This document shows positions 15,840 to 23,345 of a stretch of DNA of 56,101 nt, piece by piece. Below the pieces are notes generated by a model. The model was not told the DNA's origin. It was given only the letters and a program-made list of their open reading frames with translations, and did not search any database. Each line of letters opens with the position of its first letter. Within the stretch, counting starts at the first letter, position 1. The stretch comes from a virus, in IMG/VR virus record IMGVR_UViG_3300045988_126896. The stretch is one strand, 5' to 3'. Both the position numbers and the translations under genes were made by a program.

Positions 15840-15992
15840 GTGGAATGTGCAGTAGTGATAGTGGAAAACGGCTGTATCGTGATCTATAAGAGTGACGACC
15901 GTTTGAAGCTTGAAAAGGAAGTGATACGGGCGAAGAAATCCGGTTTTCCTTACGCCATAATTGTACCGCGTGACGCCGATACTACAGTTTAA
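15840..15992 (+). CDS. Hypothetical small protein
   Basis: GTG at 15840 follows RBS aaaggggg. Confidence 0.4.
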   Translation: MECAVVIVENGCIVIYKSDDRLKLEKEVIRAKKSGFPYAIIVPRDADTTV

Positions 15993-16006
15993 AAATATTT
16001 TTCTGT

Positions 16007-16036
16007 GACAGAGGTAAACAGAGGATAACAGAGGAT
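16007..16036 (-). repeat. 10-bp phased repeat array d (3 units, inverted relative to arrays a-c)
   Basis: The + strand reads gacagaggta aacagaggat aacagaggat. The reverse complement matches atcctctgtt atcctctgtt tacctctgtc. Confidence 0.9.
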
Positions 16037-16066
16037 AACGACGACACACGGCGGAAGTTATAAAAA

Positions 16067-16081
16067 TTGTCGTGTAGACAA
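16067..16081. promoter_or_regulatory. Operator, TTGTC-N5-GACAA family, site 4
   Basis: ttgtcgtgtagacaa. Confidence 0.6.
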
Positions 16082-16088
16082 GTCGTAT

Positions 16089-16117
16089 TTGTATCCTTAT
16101 ATTTTACACTGTATAAT
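16089..16117 (+). promoter_or_regulatory. Promoter for the 16183 operon
   Basis: TTGTAT, 17-nt spacer, TATAAT. Confidence 0.5.
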
Positions 16118-16131
16118 TGTCACACAGACAA
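16117..16131. promoter_or_regulatory. Operator, TTGTC-N5-GACAA family, site 5
   Basis: ttgtcacacagacaa, placed relative to the -10 element exactly as site 3 is. Confidence 0.6.
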
Positions 16132-16182
16132 ATAAACAAGTAAAACCGTCACAAGGACAACGGCAAAGGAGAGAAAAAAGCA

Positions 16183-16428
16183 ATGAACAAAGTAAAGTAT
16201 TACAGACTTATTAGTGGTCTGTTACTCAAAGACCTGTCAGAGAAAACAGGGTTATCCGTGGGGCATTTATCCCACATTGAAAACGGTAATAAGCAGCCGT
16301 CTAAGTCCGCTATGGAATCTATAGCGTTAGCTGTAGGAAGTACGGTACCAGAAGTCTTTTATACGCCACTTACGGCAGAAGAAAAAGAAGAAATGGAACA
16401 CCTGGGCGACGAGGTAGACAATGGCTAA
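16183..16428 (+). CDS. XRE-family HTH regulator
   Basis: HTH sequence LLKDLSEKTGLSVGHLSHIENGNKQPS. Confidence 0.8.
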   Translation: MNKVKYYRLISGLLLKDLSEKTGLSVGHLSHIENGNKQPSKSAMESIALAVGSTVPEVFYTPLTAEEKEEMEHLGDEVDNG

Positions 16429-16648
16429 AGCCAGAGAACCGAAAGTATTTAAAAGTATGGACGATCTGCCTTTAATGCTTACGCCATACGACTTAATGGA
16501 CTTTCTGGGAAAGGGCCAGCGACAGACCTACGAACTTATCCATAGTGAGGGCTTCCCGTATGTACAGGACGGCCCGAAGATAAAGATACCTAAGTGGCTG
16601 CTTATAGAATTTATAAATGAGAAAGTAAGGAAGGGGGAACCTTTGTAA
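16421..16648 (+). CDS. Excisionase-type (MerR/HTH_17-like) DNA-binding protein
   Basis: LTPYDLMDFLGKGQRQTYELIHSEGFP, paralogous to the C-terminus of the Rha protein. Confidence 0.7.
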   Translation: MAKAREPKVFKSMDDLPLMLTPYDLMDFLGKGQRQTYELIHSEGFPYVQDGPKIKIPKWLLIEFINEKVRKGEPL

Positions 16649-18081
16649 TGAAAATCCAGGAAGTGACGATAGAAGGCTACCAGTCACACACAAACAGTAC
16701 CTTTCGTCTTTCCCCTGGTCTGACGGTCATTACCGGACCGTCGGACGCCGGAAAGACAGCGATCATAAGAGCGTTTCGGTGGTTCGCTTTTAATGAACCG
16801 ACCGGGGAAGCGTTCTTACACACAATCCGTAACCCGGACGGGTCCGTTAAAGAAGCTGTAGACCAGGTTAAGGTATCCGTAACATTTGATAACGGTATCA
16901 CGATCACGAAGACCCGTAGAAAGGGTAAGACGACCTATACACACAGCGCTTTCCCTACAGCGTGGGAAAAGGCAGAGATACCGCCAGAGATTAAGGAAAC
17001 CATGGGACTGGTAAAACAGCAATATGGAGATTTTGAAACCTGTTTAAATTTTGCTTTCCAGCTGGACGCGCCTTTTATGCTTTCGGAAAGCGCAAGCGTA
17101 GGGGCGAAGGTCTTAGGAAAGCTGGCGGGTACAGAAATCGTAGATAAGTCGATCAGTGAGGTAAATAAAAAGACCCACCAGACACGTAATGATATTTCTT
17201 ACGCCGACAAACAGATAGGGGAAATCGACGTATCTCTTACGGAATACTTCGACCTTGACCGGTTCGACGCTGAACTTAAAATAGCGGAAGCTGCCTTTAC
17301 AAAATTAAAGGAAGATCAGAGCCGACACGTCGCGCTTACCGCCCTTATGAATAGTTATCAGCTGAACACGGAACAGCGTATTAAATATTACGACGAAGTG
17401 GAACGTCTGGCTGGTGTGGTCGTCGCTTCTGTATCGCTTGGTATCGCGGAACGCGAACAGGCGAAAAAAGAAAAGCTGGAAGACCTTAACGTAGGGTTCT
17501 GGAAAGCGGTACAAGATCAGAACGAACCTTTAAGGGTTATCCGTATTACGCGGAATCTGGAAGACTTACAGGCTGATCTTAAGGAAGTGGAAACAGCCGT
17601 AATAAGGTACGATGCACTTTTAGGCTTCCAGTATGGGTATATCAATTTACAGGAAACCATAAGAAGAACGTCGGCGCTGGTAGTGAAGTTAGACCAGGCG
17701 GTAGGGCTTTCGTTCATGCTGAATGAAGCGGAAAAAGACACACAAGCCCTGGAAGCCCTGGAACGTGCCTATAAGCGATTTAACGAAGTAAGCGAAGAAG
17801 AACGCGACTTACGGTATAAGGTATCTTCTCTGGGGAACACAGAAGCCATGGCGGACATTCTAGGAAGCATTTCTAAGCAGTACGACGAACTGGATAACCT
17901 TAAGAGGTTAAACGCGGTAAGTCAGACAAGACAGCTTTCCTATGAAGCAGCCGGAAGATATGTAGAAAAATGTAACAGAGAATTAGAGGAAGCACAGGAA
18001 GAACTACAGGCCGCCTGGGAAGCTGCCGGGGGCGTGTGTCCATTGTGCGGAAGTGAGGTAAAAGAAAATTGTACACATTAA
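16648..18081 (+). CDS. Rad50/SbcC-like ATPase, N-terminal half (Walker A, long coiled coil, CxxC hook)
   Basis: Walker A ITGPSDAGKT. About 300 aa of heptad-rich sequence. CPLCGS near the C-terminus. No Walker B or signature motif is present. Confidence 0.75.
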   Translation: MKIQEVTIEGYQSHTNSTFRLSPGLTVITGPSDAGKTAIIRAFRWFAFNEPTGEAFLHTIRNPDGSVKEAVDQVKVSVTFDNGITITKTRRKGKTTYTHSAFPTAWEKAEIPPEIKETMGLVKQQYGDFETCLNFAFQLDAPFMLSESASVGAKVLGKLAGTEIVDKSISEVNKKTHQTRNDISYADKQIGEIDVSLTEYFDLDRFDAELKIAEAAFTKLKEDQSRHVALTALMNSYQLNTEQRIKYYDEVERLAGVVVASVSLGIAEREQAKKEKLEDLNVGFWKAVQDQNEPLRVIRITRNLEDLQADLKEVETAVIRYDALLGFQYGYINLQETIRRTSALVVKLDQAVGLSFMLNEAEKDTQALEALERAYKRFNEVSEEERDLRYKVSSLGNTEAMADILGSISKQYDELDNLKRLNAVSQTRQLSYEAAGRYVEKCNRELEEAQEELQAAWEAAGGVCPLCGSEVKENCTH

Positions 18082-19013
18082 ACGACTTCTTTTGTGGTTG
18101 TGGCGGTCTTGGTCTGGGCTTCCAGAACGCCGGGTTTAAAATCGTCGGCGCCTGGGATTTTGACAAGTACGCTGTAGCCACATATAGGGAAAATGTAGGC
18201 GATCATGTGGTACAGGCAGATATACAGAAAATGCACATTGAAGATGTACCGAAAGCCGACGTCTGGGCGTTTGGGTTTCCTTGCCAGGACTTAAGCGTAG
18301 CCGGAAAACAGGCGGGTATAAAGCTGGAATGTGCCGACTGCGGTACCGTGTGGGAAGTGTCTGCGGAAACTTATAGCGAAGAAAACTTATGTCCGGGTTG
18401 TGGTGGTACGAACCATAGGGCAGCGACCAGAAGCGGTATGTTTTTTGAAATCATGCGGCTGTTGGCCGAAGCAAGAGAGAGAGAGCCGGAGAAGGTTCCG
18501 AAAGTGCTTGTAGCGGAAAACGTGAAGGCGTTAAGAAAGCTTCTGCCAGTGCTGGAAGCAGAATACGGAAAAGCTGGGTACAAGTGCCACGCACAGCTTT
18601 TTAATAGCAAATACTGGGGCGTACCCCAGAACAGGGAAAGGTATATAGTTGTCGGTACTTTGGACAGCTTACCGGATACCTATACATACCCGGAAGAACA
18701 ACACGACTACGTACCGAAGCTTTCTACAATCCTGGAAGCTGATGTAGACGACAAGTTTTACATTGCCGACGAAAAGGCCCACAAAATCATAGACCAGGCG
18801 TTACAGCGTATTTCTTCTATGGGTAAGGTACACGCTACGATTACGCCGGACAGAGTAGATAAAAGACAGAATGGGCGTAGATCGAAGGAAGACGAAGACC
18901 CTATGTTTACACTGACCGCCCAGGACTTACACGGCGTCATTGTAGACGATACTTACGGTTATCCTACAGAGAGAGAGAGAGAGAGAGTCGGAAAAGGATT
19001 TACACAGAGGTAG
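18069..19013 (+). CDS. DNA cytosine-5 methyltransferase, N-terminal fragment (motifs I-VIII plus first TRD-like core); truncated just after the (AG)10 tract
   Basis: Motifs FCGCGG (I), GFPCQDLS (IV), ENVKAL (VI), QNRERYIVVG (VIII), and FTLTAQDLHGV. The stop lies 8 codons after the (AG)10 tract. Confidence 0.85.
   Translation: MYTLNDFFCGCGGLGLGFQNAGFKIVGAWDFDKYAVATYRENVGDHVVQADIQKMHIEDVPKADVWAFGFPCQDLSVAGKQAGIKLECADCGTVWEVSAETYSEENLCPGCGGTNHRAATRSGMFFEIMRLLAEAREREPEKVPKVLVAENVKALRKLLPVLEAEYGKAGYKCHAQLFNSKYWGVPQNRERYIVVGTLDSLPDTYTYPEEQHDYVPKLSTILEADVDDKFYIADEKAHKIIDQALQRISSMGKVHATITPDRVDKRQNGRRSKEDEDPMFTLTAQDLHGVIVDDTYGYPTERERERVGKGFTQR
18474..18485 (+). repeat. (AG)6 tract, in frame (encodes ERER) within the methyltransferase N-fragment
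   Basis: Counted directly. Confidence 0.95.
18968..18987 (+). repeat. (AG)10 tract at methyltransferase break 1
   Basis: Counted directly: 20 nt. Confidence 0.95.
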
Positions 19014-19105
19014 CCCCGACACTACGGAGCAGTCGGCAAGGGGTGAAGGTGGTAGAGAATATCACGAAAAACGATACGGAAAAGACGCCCCCTTGTTCCC
19101 GATAG
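18988..19105 (+). pseudogene. TRD-like methyltransferase module in a different frame from the N-fragment (RKRIYTEVAPTLRSSRQGVKVVEN)
   Basis: Open only from the (AG)10 tract onward and has no start codon. Removing one AG unit would fuse it to the N-fragment. Confidence 0.6.
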
Positions 19106-19281
19106 CTGAAGCTACAAAGACTGGAATAGCTGTAGGGAGATATGGGGACGCCATAAATATAGCTTACCCGGAAAGTAACACTAGACGCGGACGGGTTGGA
19201 AAAGAAATAGCCCAGTCGCTGCTTACAGGGTGTTCCCAGGTGGTTATATGTGATAAGAAAGGCGGAGAAAATGACACCTAA
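19093..19281 (+). pseudogene. TRD-like methyltransferase module (EATKTGIAVGRYGDAINIAYPESNTRRGRVGKEIAQSLLTGCSQVV)
   Basis: Third reading frame, open back to the (AG)10 tract. A +1 change in the C5 run at 19088-19092 would fuse it to the previous module. Ends in TAA, with TAG two codons downstream in the same frame, just before the (AG)8 tract. Confidence 0.6.
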
Positions 19282-19285
19282 TTGT

Positions 19286-19301
19286 AGAGAGAGAGAGAGA
19301 G
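19286..19301 (+). repeat. (AG)8 tract at methyltransferase break 2
   Basis: Counted directly: 16 nt. Confidence 0.95.
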
Positions 19302-19500
19302 CCAGCGCCTACCGGCCATAGATCAGCTGATACAAGACGGCGTAATACAGGCACAGCGTAATGGGAAAGGGACTTTTATAGGGTGTTCCCCTACGTTACT
19401 GGCGTCGGACTACAAACAAGTACCGCTGGTACTGGAAAGGGTAGACGAATGTATGAATACAGAGAGAGAGAGCAACGGCCGCAAGGGCTACCAGAAATAG
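19288..19500 (+). pseudogene. TRD-like methyltransferase module (GKGTFIGCSPTLLASDYKQVPLVLE)
   Basis: Has no start codon. Begins inside the (AG)8 tract and runs through the (AG)6 tract. Removing one AG unit at 19461-19472 would fuse it to the C-terminal fragment. Confidence 0.6.
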
Positions 19501-19826
19501 AGGTGATAGGAATGTTAGAGAGTAGTGGACACGATCATAGCAGACGGGTACACGACCCGGACGGTATCAGCCCAACAGCTACAGCTGTAGCGGGTGGTAC
19601 GCATCATATTAAAATCTTCGATCACACGAAGTATAGAGTAAGAAAACTTACGCCGACGGAATACGGCAGACTACAGGCGTTTCCTATGGATAACTGGAAA
19701 CAGGTTGTAAGCAATTCACAGGCGTATAAGCAGTTCGGAAACGCGGTTACCGTAACATTGGCGGAAGGTATCGGTAAGTCTGTTATCGGTTATCTGGACA
19801 GTGTTTTAGGGGGTGCGACAGTTTGA
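19383..19826 (+). CDS. DNA cytosine-5 methyltransferase, C-terminal fragment (last TRD-like core plus motifs IX and X); start uncertain
   Basis: SRRVHDPDGISPTATAVAGG, then RKLTPTEYGRLQAFP (IX) and FGNAVTV (X). The methyltransferase-like sequence begins only after the 19461 tract. Confidence 0.7.
   Translation: MFPYVTGVGLQTSTAGTGKGRRMYEYREREQRPQGLPEIEVIGMLESSGHDHSRRVHDPDGISPTATAVAGGTHHIKIFDHTKYRVRKLTPTEYGRLQAFPMDNWKQVVSNSQAYKQFGNAVTVTLAEGIGKSVIGYLDSVLGGATV
19461..19472 (+). repeat. (AG)6 tract at methyltransferase break 3
   Basis: Counted directly: 12 nt. Confidence 0.95.
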
Positions 19827-20404
19827 AAAATGATTTTATCATACGTGGAAAGGAAGCTACGCTTTTTGTAGAAGCGCCGCCAAACGTGGGCTATGGTTCC
19901 GTGGAAGTAAAACTAGACGCTGCGGATATGGACTTAGTTAAGTCCTGGCCCGGTACATGGTTTTCCTTTATCCACAAGAGAAACGGCCAGCTTTATATAA
20001 GAGCGACCGCCCACCGTGTCGGCGGTAAGGTGGTAAATGTTTCTGGTTTTGAACAGAAGCAGCCACTTTTACACAGGGTTATAGCGAAGCCGGAACGCGG
20101 ACAGAACACAATCTTTAAGGACGGTAACAGCTTGAACCTTACCAGGGATAACCTTGTTAATCTTCCGATCGGCGAAAGCTACATACCAGTAGAGCCTACC
20201 GGACCAGAATACGCCGACATGGTTAAGGGTGTCCACTACCGGAAAGATAAACAGCGTTACGAAGTCCGGTGTTTCTACAAAGGAAAAGCCCATAACCTGG
20301 GAGTTTATAAGGACGTCGGCGTAGCGAACGAACACGCTACAGATTTTCGTAACCTGGGGCCGGACGGCTACCTTGCGAAATACGGAAAGTGGGGTACAGT
20401 CTAA
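19823..20404 (+). CDS. HNH-type homing endonuclease with AP2-like DNA-binding domain
   Basis: LLHRVIAKPERGQNTIFKDGNSLNLTRDNL (HNH_3-like, degenerate). GVHYRKDKQRYEVRCFYKGKAHNLGVY (AP2-like). TTG start follows RBS aggggg. Confidence 0.65.
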   Translation: MKNDFIIRGKEATLFVEAPPNVGYGSVEVKLDAADMDLVKSWPGTWFSFIHKRNGQLYIRATAHRVGGKVVNVSGFEQKQPLLHRVIAKPERGQNTIFKDGNSLNLTRDNLVNLPIGESYIPVEPTGPEYADMVKGVHYRKDKQRYEVRCFYKGKAHNLGVYKDVGVANEHATDFRNLGPDGYLAKYGKWGTV

Positions 20405-20598
20405 TGGCATTATACGAAGGTGGTTTATTAAAAGTAGTCCGAAAACTTGACGGAAAAGGGCGTTTACAGCTTCCGGGGGATTTTAGGGAAGCTGTAGGGT
20501 TTGCCTTAGATGAAGAAGTGGAAATAGCCGCGGTCATGCTGAAAGACAGCAAAAAGGCGGCACTTATGATAACCAGAAAGGAAGGTAATACAAAATGA
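20404..20598 (+). CDS. AbrB/SpoVT-family DNA-binding protein
   Basis: VRKLDGKGRLQLPGDFREAVGF is the swapped-hairpin motif. Confidence 0.7.
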   Translation: MALYEGGLLKVVRKLDGKGRLQLPGDFREAVGFALDEEVEIAAVMLKDSKKAALMITRKEGNTK

Positions 20599-20783
20599 CA
20601 GCAAAAGACTTAAGATCGCTACTTTATGACGTGCCAGACAATAGCGAAATTGTGATACTGAATGAAAACGCACCGATTAAAGGAGCTGTACCGGTATATC
20701 AGACTTTTACCTTTAAAGCGGACGCCGGTAGCAAAGTGGTACTTATGTATCAGAGTAAAAACGGAAAGGAAGGTACGAAGTAA
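20595..20783 (+). CDS. Hypothetical protein
   Basis: Overlapping start and stop codons within the coupled gene chain. Confidence 0.5.
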   Translation: MTAKDLRSLLYDVPDNSEIVILNENAPIKGAVPVYQTFTFKADAGSKVVLMYQSKNGKEGTK

Positions 20784-21016
20784 TGACTATTAAAGAACGT
20801 ATTGAGAAAGCAAAAGAAAGACTGGAAGCTGCTAAAAATGCAAAGACAAAGGCGGAAACACAGCTGGAAGCCGCACAGGAACAGTGTGACAAGGTTGTAG
20901 AGGAAATGAAGCAGTTAGGCGTTACACCGGATACGATCGAAGCAGAAATTACCCGTTTGTCGGAATCTGTAGAAGAAAACCTTAAGAACGTGGAAAGTAA
21001 TATACCGGAAGTTTAG
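20783..21016 (+). CDS. Small coiled-coil protein
   Basis: 77 aa, heptad-rich (KERLEAAKNAKTKAETQLEAAQEQ). Confidence 0.55.
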   Translation: MTIKERIEKAKERLEAAKNAKTKAETQLEAAQEQCDKVVEEMKQLGVTPDTIEAEITRLSESVEENLKNVESNIPEV

Positions 21017-21026
21017 GGGGTAGCTT

Positions 21027-21731
21027 ATGGGACTTATGGATTTTTTTATCCGTCCAGAGCCGGTAAGCTATGGTACTGCGAAGGGTTTAAACACCTTGCA
21101 GATTAACCGTATAGCTGCTGATCTTCGTACCGCCAGGGACAAGGTTAATAACCAGATGGCGAAACGTGAACTACTGGAAAAGCAAAGAGAAGCAACGGTA
21201 AAGGTAAAGACGGAAGCGGAAGAACAGTTAGGCGTGTTCGGACTGGTACAAATTCTTTTACAGAAGACCAGCGACTACGCCAGACAACAGGTAAAGGTAA
21301 GGATAGAAGACATAGTAAGCGAAGCGCTTAACGTGGTCTTCGGCGGGAATCATAAATTTATGATCGACCTTACCTTAAGAGGTAACCAGCCTATCGCTGA
21401 ATATTACTTAAACGACGACAGCGTTATTACGAAGTTGGAAAAGCCGGATTATGACCGCGGCGGCGGAAAGATTGATATTATCGCTCTTGCGCTTCGTCTG
21501 GCAGTCGGCGAAATGGAAGGCGTAGACGGTCCATTATTCCTGGACGAAGTAGGTAAGCACGTATCAAAAGAGTACGCGCCGTCGGTAGCGTACTTCTTAA
21601 AAGAGTACAGCGCCACTTTTGGAAGACAGATTATCCTTATCACGCATAACGCCGACCTTGCAGAAATCGGGGAAGTAAGTTTAGCTGTGAAGCGTTCCCC
21701 GAGTGGAGAAAGTGAGGTGTCCGTATTATGA
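21027..21731 (+). CDS. Rad50/SbcC-like ATPase, C-terminal half (signature-like motif, Walker B, H-loop)
   Basis: RGGGKIDIIALALRLA, PLFLDEVG and ILITHN, preceded by a short coiled coil. Confidence 0.75.
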   Translation: MGLMDFFIRPEPVSYGTAKGLNTLQINRIAADLRTARDKVNNQMAKRELLEKQREATVKVKTEAEEQLGVFGLVQILLQKTSDYARQQVKVRIEDIVSEALNVVFGGNHKFMIDLTLRGNQPIAEYYLNDDSVITKLEKPDYDRGGGKIDIIALALRLAVGEMEGVDGPLFLDEVGKHVSKEYAPSVAYFLKEYSATFGRQIILITHNADLAEIGEVSLAVKRSPSGESEVSVL

Positions 21732-21838
21732 AAAAACATTGTATAGACTGTGGGATTATCTTCTATACGGACGACCCAGACCAGGTACGGTGTGAGTGCT
21801 GCGAAGACGACCGAAAGGGGGACGAAGAAGATGGTTAA
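21728..21838 (+). CDS. 36-aa zinc-ribbon peptide (CIDC...CECC)
   Basis: ATGA overlap upstream and an ATGgttaa overlap with the SbcD-like gene start. Not in the ORF track because it is under 60 aa. Confidence 0.4.
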   Translation: MKKHCIDCGIIFYTDDPDQVRCECCEDDRKGDEEDG

Positions 21839-22829
21839 ATTTTTATTCGTGGGCGATCTACACTTACGCGGCACGAACCCCAGAAACCGTATAGACGACT
21901 ATAAGGAAGTCGCAAAACAGAAGCTTAAGGAAGTTTTTAAGATAGCTGTAGACAATGCTGTAGACGCGATCTTACAGCCTGGGGATATATTCGATCGGCC
22001 GGAAGTTGGTATAGCCGTTCTTCTGGAATTTGCAGAAGTGTTAAAGGAAAGTCCGGTAAACATTTACTGTACACTGGGTAACCATGATATTTACGGATAC
22101 AACGTAGACAGCTATTACCGTACCAGTTTAAGGCTTCTGGAAATGCTGGTACCGCAGCTTACAGTTATCAGAAGTGCCAGCGACAAGCCTATTTATCTGG
22201 CAAAGGGACACTATAAAGTGTATCTGACTGCTACACCGTACAGTAAAGATATGGATATAAACGGTTATGGCTACGGCCCGGATGTAGATTACCCGGAAGG
22301 TAACCGTATCGGGGTACATATAGCACATGGTATGTTATTAGACCACCGCCCACCGTTTGACCGATACAGTGATTTATATAAGGTGGACACGACTGCCAAT
22401 ATTATCCTTACTGGACACGATCACTTAGGCTATGGAATTTATCACAGAAGCGCCGACGACAAACTTTTTATAAATCCTGGCAGCCTGTTACGTATGTCGG
22501 CTTCCGTTAATGAAATGGAACGACAGATAAGGGTAGCACTGATTAAGATAGACGAAATCAGCGGAAAATATGAAGCAGAGTTTATACCGGTGTCATGTGC
22601 AAAGTCTGGGGAAGAAGTCTTAGATCGTAGCCGTATCGAGGAAGAAAAGGAACGACAGTACGCTATGGATAACTTTAGCGCACTTATCCAGGGTCACACC
22701 GGTAATAAGGTTCTTATGGATATTAACCAGATTATCGACCAGGTAGCAGCCGAAGAAAAGTATAGCCCGGAAGTAGTAAAGACGGCTTTACAGATCATTG
22801 ATAGACAAAGGGAGCTTGTAGCGGTATGA
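21831..22829 (+). CDS. Mre11/SbcD-like metallophosphoesterase nuclease
   Basis: Motifs FVGDLHLRG, GDIFD, GNHD and GHDH. Confidence 0.85.
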   Translation: MVKFLFVGDLHLRGTNPRNRIDDYKEVAKQKLKEVFKIAVDNAVDAILQPGDIFDRPEVGIAVLLEFAEVLKESPVNIYCTLGNHDIYGYNVDSYYRTSLRLLEMLVPQLTVIRSASDKPIYLAKGHYKVYLTATPYSKDMDINGYGYGPDVDYPEGNRIGVHIAHGMLLDHRPPFDRYSDLYKVDTTANIILTGHDHLGYGIYHRSADDKLFINPGSLLRMSASVNEMERQIRVALIKIDEISGKYEAEFIPVSCAKSGEEVLDRSRIEEEKERQYAMDNFSALIQGHTGNKVLMDINQIIDQVAAEEKYSPEVVKTALQIIDRQRELVAV

Positions 22830-23062
22830 AGGTAAAATTTTGGACTTGTGGTAACTGTGGACACGAAGAACCGATTACGGATAACGATTTACAGGAACTT
22901 AACCCGGTGGTTTCTTCCGCTGGTGCTATAAAAATCAGCTGCCCGAACTGTGGCGCCTATACGATCAGTAAACCATTTGACAGTTCTTGTATGGGTGGGT
23001 CGTTCCTGGTGGTACGCCCACATATCCGAAAGGGGGCGAAGCCGTGGCCGGTAAAAAGATAA
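22826..23062 (+). CDS. Zinc-ribbon protein (CGNC...CPNC)
   Basis: Overlapping start; two CxxC pairs. Confidence 0.55.
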   Translation: MKVKFWTCGNCGHEEPITDNDLQELNPVVSSAGAIKISCPNCGAYTISKPFDSSCMGGSFLVVRPHIRKGAKPWPVKR

Positions 23063-23331
23063 ACGCTTTCAATGAACTTTGTAAAGATATTATGATCGCA
23101 AATATGGCGGATACATTGAAAGCTTACGGCGGCTTCCCGGAACTGGAAAAACAGGTTTACGACTTAAAGGCGTGTACCGTTATGGAAGTCGCCAGCGCGG
23201 TACCTATTGTACAAAATGTCGTTATATCTGCCGTAGTTAAAACAGCTGTAGAACAGGCAAAAGCACAGGAAAAAGAACAGGAGCAGAGAAACGGTATTTT
23301 AGGCAGCTTTACAAAAACATTATGCAATTAA
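23044..23331 (+). CDS. Hypothetical protein
   Basis: GTG at 23044 follows RBS aaaggggg. Confidence 0.45.
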   Translation: MAGKKINAFNELCKDIMIANMADTLKAYGGFPELEKQVYDLKACTVMEVASAVPIVQNVVISAVVKTAVEQAKAQEKEQEQRNGILGSFTKTLCN

Positions 23332-23345
23332 GAAAGGGTAAAAAC

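Noticed and set aside
19383-19460. N-terminal 26 codons of track ORF 19383-19826 (MFPYVTGVGLQTSTAGTGKGRRMYEY).
   Set aside because: This part overlaps, out of frame, the methyltransferase-like CSPTLLASDYK module. Methyltransferase-like sequence in the 19383 frame starts only after the (AG)6 tract. The annotated start is therefore probably not genuine.
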